NCBI GenBank assembly: GCA_035353855.1
Contig: DAOQAK010000009.1
Location: forward strand, 15,777-79,776
Reading direction: 5' to 3'
DNA from: Bacteroidales bacterium
Lineage (GTDB): Bacteria > Bacteroidota > Bacteroidia > Bacteroidales > CG2-30-32-10
Length of the DNA stretch: 64,000 nucleotides
In this document: positions 1 to 9,307 of the stretch, piece by piece
Layout: each line of letters opens with the position of its first letter
How positions within the stretch are numbered: position 1 is the first letter of the stretch
The notes under the pieces: generated by a model
The model's database searches: none
Seen by the model: the letters and a program-made list of their open reading frames with translations, nothing else
What the model was told of the DNA's origin: nothing
Program-made: the position numbers and the translations under genes

Positions 1-78
1 GGTGTTGTTTTCAAAACTGCGTATCTCTGCATTTTTTCCAAGATTCCCGATTAAAATTACTTTGTTAATTCCTGCCAT
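1..78 (-). CDS. ssb: single-stranded DNA-binding protein, N-terminal 26 codons only (gene continues beyond the window start)
   Basis: Reverse complement of 1-78 translates to MAGINKVILIGNLGKNAEIRSFENNT, the canonical SSB N-terminus; start codon at 78-76. Confidence 0.65.
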   Translation of the reverse strand, partial: MAGINKVILIGNLGKNAEIRSFENNT

Positions 79-135
79 AATAGTAAAAGTTAAGGTTAAA
101 TAATATTTTTCAAACTTACATAATTAATTAATATG

Positions 136-1206
136 CTATAATAAATTTTTCTTTTTTAAAAATTTTTCGATAAGACGTGAAATAGCAAAATGATTTATAT
201 TTTTAATATTAATTTTTTCAAGATTATACGGAATATCAACAAGTGGTTTATTGATGATTACTTCATAGAATTCAGCATAAATTGTCTGGTGGCTGAGTTC
301 ATGAACATCGGAAATATGAATAGATTGTATTTTATAAAATTCTTCATGGAAAATTTCTTTCCATTCTTTGTTTTTTATTATTGATTCTTTTGATAGTTTT
401 TTTTCGGTTGTGATACATGGGAATTCATACAATTGTTTCCATATGTCATTATTATCTCTTTTTCGGATATATGTATATACTGTTGAGCCTTTCTTATATT
501 TGATGAAAAAATAATAGAAAAATCTTTTTTTACTTTTTATTTTTTGTGTTTTGTTCGGTAAATAGCTAATGATATTTTCCTTATAAGCTATACAAAATTT
601 ATTCATGATGCATTTTAAACAATCTGGATTTTTAGGCTTGCATTGCAACGCTCCAAATTCCATTATTGCCTGGTTAAAATCACCTGCTTGTTTCGGCGGA
701 AGAAGTTGGCTTACAGTTTTTTTAATTTCTTTTTTTGTATGTGATAATTTTATATTTTCTTTTATACCAAAAATTCGTGTAATAACACGTATTACATTTC
801 CGTCGACCACTGCATAAGGTTTGCTAAATGCAATTGATAATATAGCACAGGCAGTATAATCGCCAATACCTTTTATCTTTATTATATCTTCATAGTTTGA
901 TGGAAAGATACCATGATGGTTTTTTGAAATTTCTTTAGCGGCTTCATGTAAATTTATTGCCCTTGAATAATATCCCAATCCTTGCCAGAGTTTCATGATC
1001 TTATTTGTTTTTGCAGCGGCTAAGTCATGAACAGTAGGAAAATGTTTAACAAAACTGTAGTAGTAAGGAGTACCTTGTTCAATACGTGTCTGTTGAAGTA
1101 TTATTTCAGACAACCATATTTTATACGGGTCATTGGTTTTTCTCCAGGGCAACTCCCTTTTATTTTTCGTATACCAATGGATTAATATCTTAGATAAATG
1201 GTTCAT
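136..1206 (-). CDS. mutY: A/G-specific adenine DNA glycosylase MutY (HhH-GPD fold, 4Fe-4S Cys cluster, C-terminal NUDIX-like domain)
   Basis: 356-aa ORF with an HhH-GPD region (LSEIILQQTRIE, GIGDYTA) and the CxxxxxxC..C..C Fe-S motif (CKPKNPDCLKCIMNKFC). Confidence 0.85.
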   Translation of the reverse strand: MNHLSKILIHWYTKNKRELPWRKTNDPYKIWLSEIILQQTRIEQGTPYYYSFVKHFPTVHDLAAAKTNKIMKLWQGLGYYSRAINLHEAAKEISKNHHGIFPSNYEDIIKIKGIGDYTACAILSIAFSKPYAVVDGNVIRVITRIFGIKENIKLSHTKKEIKKTVSQLLPPKQAGDFNQAIMEFGALQCKPKNPDCLKCIMNKFCIAYKENIISYLPNKTQKIKSKKRFFYYFFIKYKKGSTVYTYIRKRDNNDIWKQLYEFPCITTEKKLSKESIIKNKEWKEIFHEEFYKIQSIHISDVHELSHQTIYAEFYEVIINKPLVDIPYNLEKINIKNINHFAISRLIEKFLKKKNLL

Positions 1207-1262
1207 TTTATGATAAAACAGATTTATTTTGAGAACATTATGGAAAAATATTTATTAATTCT

Positions 1263-1293
1263 TTTGTAAAAGAATAAAATAAATTTAACTTTG
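1263..1293 (+). promoter_or_regulatory. Bacteroidetes-type sigma-A promoter (TTTG -33 element, 19-bp spacer, TAACTTTG -7 element) upstream of hup
   Basis: TTTG at 1263-1266 and TAACTTTG at 1286-1293 match the TTTG-N19-21-TAnnTTTG consensus; about 50 nt upstream of the HU start. Confidence 0.4.
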
Positions 1294-1342
1294 CACCCCA
1301 ATTTTCAATGATTAAGAATAAAAAAACAAAATTATTTAAATT

Positions 1343-1627
1343 ATGACAAAAGCAGAAATTGTAGCAGCTATTGCTAGTAAAACAGGAGTTGAAAAGGTTG
1401 CAGTACAGGCAACAGTTGAAGCATTTATGAATTCAGTAAAATCATCATTAGCAAAGGGAGATAATGTTTACCTGAGGGGTTTTGGTAGTTTCATAATTAA
1501 AAAGCGTGCTGAAAAAACGGGAAGAAATATTTCTAAGAATACTACTATTATTATTCCTGCTCACAATATTCCTTCATTTAAGCCAGCTAAGACTTTTGTA
1601 AACGAAGTTAAAAAGAATGTAAAATAA
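1343..1627 (+). CDS. hup: HU family DNA-binding protein
   Basis: 94 aa with the typical HU/IHF fold signature (GFGSF..R.AR.GRNP-like arm, here RAEKTGRNISKNTTIIIPA). Confidence 0.85.
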   Translation: MTKAEIVAAIASKTGVEKVAVQATVEAFMNSVKSSLAKGDNVYLRGFGSFIIKKRAEKTGRNISKNTTIIIPAHNIPSFKPAKTFVNEVKKNVK

Positions 1628-1658
1628 TTTACAATAAACGGTAAAGAAATAATATTAT

Positions 1659-1748
1659 ATGCCAAGCGGAAAAAAAAGAAAGAGACATAAAATGTCTACC
1701 CACAAACGTAAAAAACGCCTAAGAAAAAACAGGCATAAAAAGAAATAA
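1659..1748 (+). CDS. possible very small, highly basic protein (29 aa; MPSGKKRKRHKMSTHKRKKRLRKNRHKKK)
   Basis: Unannotated ORF between hup and rng; 20 of 29 residues are K/R/H, reminiscent of ribosome-associated mini-proteins. There is no other support. Confidence 0.2.
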   Translation: MPSGKKRKRHKMSTHKRKKRLRKNRHKKK

Positions 1749-1885
1749 TTTTTTCTTGATTTTACGTTTTATATTTTCTCTTAAAATGATAGGAATTCGA
1801 AGGTTGTTACTTCTTATTTTTATTTATTTTCATATCGCCACATAGGTGGTTGATGTGTTATGTATTACTTTTATAAATCATCAGG

Positions 1886-3436
1886 GTGAATAAAGAATTA
1901 ATTATCGACTCGACCGCTTCTGAAGTAGTTATTGCTTTACTGGAAGAAAAGCGTCTTGTCGAGCTCAATAATGATAAAAGCGGGAAGAATTTTGCCGTTG
2001 GCGATTTATATCTGGGAAAGGTTAAAAAAATTATTCCGGGTCTTAATGCTGCCTTTGTTGATGTAGGGTATGAAAAAGATGCTTTCCTGCATTATCTCGA
2101 TTTAGGCTCCCAGATTCTTTCATTGAATAAAATGATTAAAATGGCGATGTCGAATAAACAAGGCATCCCATCAATGGAAGATTTTCGTCTTGAAAAAGAA
2201 ATTGAAAAAACAGGGAAGATCTCGAATGTAATAAATGTTAACCAGCAAATTTTAGTTCAGGTTGCAAAAGAACCTATTTCTACTAAAGGACCCAGAATAA
2301 GTTCGGAGATTTCTTTTGCAGGAAGGTATCTTGTACTGGTACCTTTTAATGATAAAATTTCTGTTTCTCAGAAAATAAAAAATCCCGAAGAACGTAATCG
2401 CTTAAAAAGATTGGTTCAAAGCATACGTCCCAAAAATTTTGGTATCATCATTCGTACTGTTGCCGAAAACCGCATGGTTGCCGAACTGGATACAGATCTA
2501 AGAGAATTAGTTCATAAATGGGATTCATCCATTGCAAAGCTTGCAACATCAAAAGCGCCCGTAAAAATCCTTGGCGAATTAAACCGCACATCAGCCATAC
2601 TGCGCGATCTGCTTAATGAATCATTCAATAATATTCATGTTAATGATCAGCGGTTATTTGATGAAATAAGAAATTACGTACATACAATATCTCCCGATTT
2701 GCAGGATATTGTGAAGTTATATAAAGGTAAAGCACCAATTTTTGAACATTTTGGAGTAGAAAAACAAATTAAAACTTCTTTCGGGAAAAATGTTTCTATA
2801 AAAAGTGGTGCATACCTCATCATTGAACATACCGAAGCATTACACGTAATTGATGTAAATAGTGGTCATCGCACAAATGCAGAAAACAACCAGGAACAAA
2901 ATGCACTGGATGTTAATCTCGAAGCAGCATCGGAAGTTGCCCGTCAATTAAGGCTTAGAGATATGGGCGGCATAATTGTTATCGATTTTATTGATATGCA
3001 TGATGGTCATAATCGTCGAAAATTATATGAAAGACTAAGAGATGAAATGCGTATGGACAGAGCAAAGCATACCATTTTACCTCCAAGTAAATTCGGACTT
3101 GTGCAAATCACCCGTCAGCGTGTACGTCCTGAGATGAATATTGAAACTGTTGAAAAATGTCCGGTATGTGATGGTACAGGCGAAATAAAAGCAAGCATCA
3201 TTTATGTTGATGAAATTGAGAATAACATAAAATATCTTATCCAGAATCAGAATGAAAAATTCCTGAAGATGTGCGTGCATCCATATATATATGCATACCT
3301 TACAAAAGGAATTCCATCGGTTAGCTTAAAATGGTTCCTGAAATTCAAAAAGCGAATTCGTATTGTTCCTATGTCATCGTATCATTTATTGGAATATCAC
3401 TTTTTCAATAAAGATGATGATGAAATAAAACTGTAA
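1886..3436 (+). CDS. rng: ribonuclease E/G family protein (RNase G-like; S1 domain plus DNase-I-like catalytic core)
   Basis: 516 aa; S1-like N-terminus (GDLYLGKVKKIIPGLNAAFVDVG), catalytic-core motifs HVIDVNSG and GGIIVIDFIDM, and a zinc-link CPVCDGTG. Confidence 0.85.
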   Translation: MNKELIIDSTASEVVIALLEEKRLVELNNDKSGKNFAVGDLYLGKVKKIIPGLNAAFVDVGYEKDAFLHYLDLGSQILSLNKMIKMAMSNKQGIPSMEDFRLEKEIEKTGKISNVINVNQQILVQVAKEPISTKGPRISSEISFAGRYLVLVPFNDKISVSQKIKNPEERNRLKRLVQSIRPKNFGIIIRTVAENRMVAELDTDLRELVHKWDSSIAKLATSKAPVKILGELNRTSAILRDLLNESFNNIHVNDQRLFDEIRNYVHTISPDLQDIVKLYKGKAPIFEHFGVEKQIKTSFGKNVSIKSGAYLIIEHTEALHVIDVNSGHRTNAENNQEQNALDVNLEAASEVARQLRLRDMGGIIVIDFIDMHDGHNRRKLYERLRDEMRMDRAKHTILPPSKFGLVQITRQRVRPEMNIETVEKCPVCDGTGEIKASIIYVDEIENNIKYLIQNQNEKFLKMCVHPYIYAYLTKGIPSVSLKWFLKFKKRIRIVPMSSYHLLEYHFFNKDDDEIKL

Positions 3437-3453
3437 CCTTTTAATATTTCTGC

Positions 3454-3936
3454 ATGAAAAAAGCAGAAAAAAATATATATACCACATCCCAGGCGCTAAA
3501 GAAAGCTGCCGATTATTGTGTAGTTCAGGAACGTTGTCAGCAGGAAATACGAACAAAACTATACGACTGGGGAATATATAATGATGATGCAGAACAGGTA
3601 ATAGCTGAATTGATTTCCTTAGGGTTTATTAATGAGGAACGTTTTGCAAAAGCATTTGCAGGTGGCAAATTCAGAATGAAAAAGTGGGGCAAACTGAAAA
3701 TAAAAAATGAACTGAAGCGAAAAAATATTTCTGATTACTGCATAAACAAAGGATTGCAGGAAATAAGCCATTCGGAATATTTGAAAGCATTAAAAGAAAT
3801 TGTTCTGAAAAAATCGAAAGAAGTAAAAGAAAAAAACAGCTATAAAAGAATGAACCGGATTATAAGTTATGCCATTCAGAAAGGTTATGAAAACGATTTG
3901 GTATGGGATATAGCTAAAACAATGATTAAAGAATGA
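3454..3936 (+). CDS. recX: RecX-like regulatory protein
   Basis: 160-aa helical-repeat protein of RecX size and composition; family assignment by pattern only. Confidence 0.55.
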   Translation: MKKAEKNIYTTSQALKKAADYCVVQERCQQEIRTKLYDWGIYNDDAEQVIAELISLGFINEERFAKAFAGGKFRMKKWGKLKIKNELKRKNISDYCINKGLQEISHSEYLKALKEIVLKKSKEVKEKNSYKRMNRIISYAIQKGYENDLVWDIAKTMIKE

Positions 3937-3986
3937 AATTTTTTTTCTTTTTTTTTAATTAAGCCTCCATTTTTCAAAACAATATG

Positions 3987-4170
3987 GGTTGTTTCCTAAA
4001 CAAAACCAATTGTTTCCTGAAATTTGTTTGCTGTTTAAGCAACACAACCCTTTATTTCCTAAACACGATTCGTTTTTTCATATAAGCTGTTGGTTGTTTT
4101 CTATACAAAACCCACAGTTTCCTGAAAACAATCGCTTGTTTCCCTGGCACAACCCTTTGTTTCCTGAAAC
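3987..4170. repeat. array of about 7 degenerate copies of a 20-bp motif (AACCC)TTGTTTCCTGAAA(C), spaced about 25-40 bp apart, in a convergent intergenic region
   Basis: Direct reading: gggTTGTTTCCTAAACAAAACC, aaTTGTTTCCTGAAAT, cccTTTATTTCCTAAACA, TTGTTTTCTATACAAAACCC, cAGTTTCCTGAAAACAA, cTTGTTTCCCTGGCACAACCC, TTTGTTTCCTGAAACAGG. Confidence 0.7.
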
Positions 4171-4215
4171 AGGTAGGTTAAAAACCAAAACATGCAGGCT
4201 GTTACCAAAAAACGG

Positions 4216-4989
4216 TTAAGCAGTTTTAGTGAATTTGATACCGCTGATTTCTTTATATTCAGGACTTGTTGAACCAAATACCGACTTTACATATACTTTT
4301 ACATCCATTGCTATATTATATAAGCCGGTATTTTCTTTATAAAGGATTTTATTACGTTCGATACGGGCATTGCTTAATGCAGTTATGGCATTAATTACCG
4401 CAGTATTCTTTGTTTTCATATTTGTCAGCAAGGTATTCAAAGTTGCAACCTTCAAATCAGTTTCATTAGGGATGTATCCTGTTTCGGAAGTTAATAAATT
4501 GATAAGCTTAGCAAAATTATCGATACGATTATCGTAACTCATTTGCGATGCAGATATTTGTTTAATTTCTTCGCTTATAGTATTTATTTCGGGTTGTGTT
4601 TCGGCAACTTTGCCGGGGAGGCTGATAATCTCTTTTTTAGGTGTAGCTCTTTTGCCGGTAATTTTTCGCGTGATAGTTTTAGCATCATCAATTTTTTGTA
4701 CAGTAACATCGGAACTTTCCAAAGCACTTAAAACGCGTGTTGTGAATTTACTTAATGGATTAAACAAAATTTCGCGTGCATCGACAGCTAATGAATATGC
4801 ATTATGTTTGTCCTTTACAGTTGCCAGTGATGTTTGGGCAGCAGTAAGCAGGGTATTTAATGCTGTGAGCTTAAGAGATGCTTTAGCCGGATTGTAAGTT
4901 GTACCATATCCTGTACAAAAGGAAATTAATTGTTCAAAATTGGCTACGTTCCTGGCGTGGCCTGTTTCATTTGTTTTCATAGTTTTCAT
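4216..4989 (-). CDS. hypothetical protein with an internal two-fold duplication (LKLTALNTLLTAAQTSLA... / LKVATLNTLLTNMKTKNTA...)
   Basis: 257-aa ORF, no signal peptide, two homologous halves; family not recognised. Confidence 0.5.
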   Translation of the reverse strand: MKTMKTNETGHARNVANFEQLISFCTGYGTTYNPAKASLKLTALNTLLTAAQTSLATVKDKHNAYSLAVDAREILFNPLSKFTTRVLSALESSDVTVQKIDDAKTITRKITGKRATPKKEIISLPGKVAETQPEINTISEEIKQISASQMSYDNRIDNFAKLINLLTSETGYIPNETDLKVATLNTLLTNMKTKNTAVINAITALSNARIERNKILYKENTGLYNIAMDVKVYVKSVFGSTSPEYKEISGIKFTKTA

Positions 4990-5496
4990 TTTTTTTTGTT
5001 TGTAATTTATTTTTTCGACCTACTTTTTTCTTGATAAAAAAGCTTTGAAGAAAAAACGTAAGTTTTATAAAGGATATTGTATTATTTGCTGTTTTTTAAA
5101 TAAGAGAGGCACTAATAATTCAGAGACTTGAAAAATTAAAAAATCACTTCATTTTCCAATTATTAATTCAAACTTACCACCTATTGTCAAAACATAACCA
5201 AATATAAATTTGTGTTTGACTTTATGTTGTTTTTAACAGTTTGTAAAGGAAAAAAATAGTTATGAACAGGATGCACTTATTAATGCATGGTATAACCGAA
5301 CGTTATAACCAGTTTATCGAATTAATGCAAAAGTATTAAAATGCGAAAAAGTCTTAAATTCAATACGTTATTAACTATATTTAAAATATCGCCATATATT
5401 TATGCGTTCTATTTTTAGTTAATTTTTTTCTGAAAAATTTTGCAGATTATTAAATTAAAATTGAATTAACAAAATGTTTAATCAAAATCCCAAACA

Positions 5497-8400
5497 ATGA
5501 AAACAAAAAAAATCAGAAATGCGCTACTTGCGCTGGTATTAATTGCAACATGGATTGCTACAATTGATGTAAAAGGACAAAATGGGAGGTACAGTGGTCA
5601 AGAAATAATGACCCAAACAGGTGAATTAGTTCAAGCATATAGTTATTCCGGTTGTGGATTAAATTATACTACAGGAAGTGTAAAATTAGCGGCTAGGCAT
5701 CTTAGCCCTACATCTGTTACACAACCGGCATCTATCAATATAACTGGTATTCCAAATAATGCAATTATTGTAAAAGCCTTTATAACATGGGTTATTGATG
5801 ATTGTGCAAGTAGTTATAATAATTGCAATGTTCAATTTTATAATACTTCTAACACTTCTTATACGATTAATAATGTTCCTTATCTTGTCTCATCTCCTAC
5901 AGGTAATGGTTGGATGTATGGAATCAGGAGTTTTGAAACAGAAGTAACAAATTATATTTCTCTACCATATAGTGGAACTTATAAAGTGAATTTGCTTCCT
6001 ACAGCAAATTATCAACCTCCTTATAACCCTGATACTGATGGAGCAACATTATTTATTATTTATAAAATACCCAACAGTAATTTTATAGGTAACATAAATA
6101 TATATAATGGAATGATTCAAAGCAATGGTAGTAGCACCATGAGTCAGCAATTATCGGGCTTAAATATTATTAATACACCTAATAATCCTAAAGCTTTTTT
6201 ATTGCTTGCAGATTTTCAGGATAATGCATATGGCCCAAATCAATATCCTTCTGTAACATATAATAATATTAATACAATTAACTTTTTACCAAATTTCTGG
6301 AATTTTGAAGAACAAGCAACAAATTTAACTCAAAACCAAAGTACTTATAATTTCACTATAAATATTCCACTTTTCGGAGGTGGTTATGATGTTGGAAGTT
6401 TGCATTTAGCGGGAATATATTATCAAAGCCCAATTGTAGATGCAGGAAATAATCAAGCTATTTGTAGCGCGGGGCAATGTGCTACATTAACTGCAACAGG
6501 AGCTTCTTCATATATATGGAGTAATGGATCTACATCAAATCCTATTATTGTTTGTCCAACGACAACAACAACCTACTCTGTTACTGGAACAACTGCTGAA
6601 GGATGTACAGGAAGCGATAATGTAATTGTATCTGTAAGTACACCTCCTCCTGCTTTTACTATTTCCGGGAAAAATAATAATTGTAATCCGCAACCTAAAA
6701 CATATACTGTTTCACCCTTTAACTCTGCATATACGTGGACTTGGTCAGTAAATGGAGGCATAGCTCATTCTTTTACATCAAGTACTTTTACCATTGACTG
6801 GGGATCAAGTGGTATTAATCTTCCCGGGGGAGGAACAATTACAGTTACAGCTAATAATAATGGCTGTACTACAACGTCTACTTTTAAAGTATATGAATGT
6901 TGCGATAATACGGCAACATATACATATAACGATGCGACGATAAATTCAAATACTACAATTAACGGAAGTACAATTATAGTGAATGGCACTTTAACTATTA
7001 CCAATTTTGGTACTGTATATCCTACAGTAAACTGGAATGATGACCAGGTATATTTTGGTCCTATGGCAAAAATAAATATTGTTCCCGGTTGTACACTTAA
7101 TATTACAAGAAGTAATTTACAGGCATGCGATACTATTTTATGGGACGGTATTTATGTTACTTCTACTAAAAAGAAAGCATTAGTATTTATTGAAGGTTCA
7201 ACAGTAAAAGATGCTCTTAATGCAGTGGTTTCCATTGCTGGTGGCGGATTTAGTTTTTTGAATTCATTATTTGACAAAAATTATAAGTGTGTTTGGGCGC
7301 ATTATTATAATGCAAGTCATGTTGGACATATTAACTCAACAAATTTCTATTGTACCTCAACTCTATTATATCCTCACAAAAATGAACGAACATATATTGG
7401 AGTTGAAGCTGATTCGGTAAAATTTTTATTTATTGGTGATAGCGCAACTTCTGCCAAAAATCAATTCGATAATATGGATTTTGGTATAAAATCTCTTGAC
7501 AGCTATGTAAAGGTATACAATAATAAGTTTACCAATATAAAACCTACGGTTTCGTATATAAACCCTACACATACAATTTTTACGGCAATTCAATCCGATG
7601 CTATCAATACATCTTCTTCATACCCGTTAGCTAAACTTAAAGTAGGCGATCATTATGTTTCGGGTTATTATAAAAGTAATTTATTCCAGAATTGTGAAAA
7701 TGGCATTTGTACTAATGATAATTATTTTGTTGATATTACAGAAAACAATCTCGAATATACTATTATTGGGAATAATTGGGGTGAAGCTATTTATACAGGT
7801 TCTGTTTCACAATCATCGGCTCCCGTAGAGATATATAAGAATACACTTGTAACGTATAAGCGAGGGATTCATGTAATAAATTCAAGTGCAGCTATGGTAA
7901 AATGTAATATAATTAGTATAAAAGCTCCCATAACTTCACAATCATATGAAACTCGTGGAATTCTTGCCGAAAACTGCCAAAGCGCTACAATTGCTCAAAA
8001 TACCGTAACAGGACCTTCGGGAGGTAATGGTGACTGGCGTATTACTGGCATACGTGCCGATGGATGTCCCGGAACAATAATGCAATGCAACAGTTCTTCA
8101 TCTGTTGGCAGGGGAATAATTTTTGGCGGAGTTTGTACTCCCGGTACCGATATGTCGAAAAATGATATGACCAATTACATGGACGGACTTTTCCTAAATT
8201 GGTGCGTTATGGGCCAGCAAGGCTCAAGCGGTTATCCTACTGATAATACTTGGTGGGTTACAGGTAGTCGTAATAGCGATACTTATGCTTATAATTCCTA
8301 TGGTAACCAATCTCCTTTTTATGTTAGAAATACAGGAGGTGTTTATGTGCCAACAATTAACACATTCACTATTGGTTATCCTCCAGTTACTATTAATCAA

Positions 8401-9258
8401 ACCACCGGCTATTCTTATGTGCGTTGTAATTATTGTTCAGGAGGTGCTATGAGTATGAGCCAAACAGAAGCAGAAGTTCCTGTAATTGATAAAACAGATG
8501 AGTACACTGCAATAATTGAAAATAACAATGATGCACTAATAAGCAGTGAAAACAAATGGCTGATGAGGTATTTCCTGTATAAAAATGTTTTATCGGAAAA
8601 CCAAACCACAACAAGTATAGTAAGCAATTTTATGCAAGCCAATCAGGATAGTGATATTGGAAAACTGGTACAGGTAAACAATTTTATTGAAAATGGCGAA
8701 TATGCAAAAGCACAGGAGGAAATTAGTAGTATTACATCGAGCAGTACAATGGCGGATAACCTTATAGGTTTTTATAAATTGTATTCTGAAAAACTAATTT
8801 CAGATAATAAGTATCTGCTTACTGATGCCGATAAACCTGTATTTGCAGAAATAGCTCAGCAATGTCCTTACCAGTACGGACCAGCAGTATACCATGCACG
8901 TGCATACCTTAAAGCATGTGGCGATATAACAGAGTACATCAATTCGTGCGAAAATACTTTGCCTGCATCGGGTTCAAAATTGTCAAACACTAATGAAAAT
9001 ACCATACAGGAAATAACAATTAGTGTTTATCCCAACCCTGCAAAAGACGAGGTTATTATTTCTATACCTATTGAAATCAAAAGTATATACAAGATAGAGC
9101 TAATAGATGTTCTTGGACAAACTATACTTTCAGAAAGTATAAATAAAAATCTTTATACTTTATCCTTAAGTGGAATTAATAAAGGTGTTTATATTTGTAA
9201 AATATTAGATGAAAAAAGCAATGTTTTATTCAATGATAAACTTACAGTTATTAAATAA
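5497..9258 (+). CDS. large secreted protein with beta-helix-like and Ig/PKD-like regions and a T9SS type A C-terminal sorting domain
   Basis: 1253 aa; N-terminal signal peptide; C-terminus YPNPAKDEVIISIP...GVYICKIL...TVIK matches the Por/T9SS CTD-A pattern; Cys-rich Ig-like repeats (CSAGQCATLTATGASSYIWSNG). Confidence 0.8.
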   Translation: MKTKKIRNALLALVLIATWIATIDVKGQNGRYSGQEIMTQTGELVQAYSYSGCGLNYTTGSVKLAARHLSPTSVTQPASINITGIPNNAIIVKAFITWVIDDCASSYNNCNVQFYNTSNTSYTINNVPYLVSSPTGNGWMYGIRSFETEVTNYISLPYSGTYKVNLLPTANYQPPYNPDTDGATLFIIYKIPNSNFIGNINIYNGMIQSNGSSTMSQQLSGLNIINTPNNPKAFLLLADFQDNAYGPNQYPSVTYNNINTINFLPNFWNFEEQATNLTQNQSTYNFTINIPLFGGGYDVGSLHLAGIYYQSPIVDAGNNQAICSAGQCATLTATGASSYIWSNGSTSNPIIVCPTTTTTYSVTGTTAEGCTGSDNVIVSVSTPPPAFTISGKNNNCNPQPKTYTVSPFNSAYTWTWSVNGGIAHSFTSSTFTIDWGSSGINLPGGGTITVTANNNGCTTTSTFKVYECCDNTATYTYNDATINSNTTINGSTIIVNGTLTITNFGTVYPTVNWNDDQVYFGPMAKINIVPGCTLNITRSNLQACDTILWDGIYVTSTKKKALVFIEGSTVKDALNAVVSIAGGGFSFLNSLFDKNYKCVWAHYYNASHVGHINSTNFYCTSTLLYPHKNERTYIGVEADSVKFLFIGDSATSAKNQFDNMDFGIKSLDSYVKVYNNKFTNIKPTVSYINPTHTIFTAIQSDAINTSSSYPLAKLKVGDHYVSGYYKSNLFQNCENGICTNDNYFVDITENNLEYTIIGNNWGEAIYTGSVSQSSAPVEIYKNTLVTYKRGIHVINSSAAMVKCNIISIKAPITSQSYETRGILAENCQSATIAQNTVTGPSGGNGDWRITGIRADGCPGTIMQCNSSSSVGRGIIFGGVCTPGTDMSKNDMTNYMDGLFLNWCVMGQQGSSGYPTDNTWWVTGSRNSDTYAYNSYGNQSPFYVRNTGGVYVPTINTFTIGYPPVTINQTTGYSYVRCNYCSGGAMSMSQTEAEVPVIDKTDEYTAIIENNNDALISSENKWLMRYFLYKNVLSENQTTTSIVSNFMQANQDSDIGKLVQVNNFIENGEYAKAQEEISSITSSSTMADNLIGFYKLYSEKLISDNKYLLTDADKPVFAEIAQQCPYQYGPAVYHARAYLKACGDITEYINSCENTLPASGSKLSNTNENTIQEITISVYPNPAKDEVIISIPIEIKSIYKIELIDVLGQTILSESINKNLYTLSLSGINKGVYICKILDEKSNVLFNDKLTVIK

Positions 9259-9267
9259 TTTTTAAAC

Positions 9268-9307
9268 TTCGAAGCATTCCGATATATATCGGAATGCTTT
9301 TATTTTA
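9268..9307 (+). terminator. rho-independent terminator (15-bp perfect palindrome GAAGCATTCCGATAT/ATATCGGAATGCTTT followed by TATTTT)
   Basis: Read directly at 9271-9306, immediately after the stop of the 1253-aa gene. Confidence 0.7.

Noticed and set aside
3989-4219. 76-aa ORF (MFPKQNQLFPEICLLFKQHNPLFPKH...)
   Set aside because: Its periodic LFP/FPE residues merely mirror the underlying TTGTTTCCTGAAA DNA motif array; it is non-coding.
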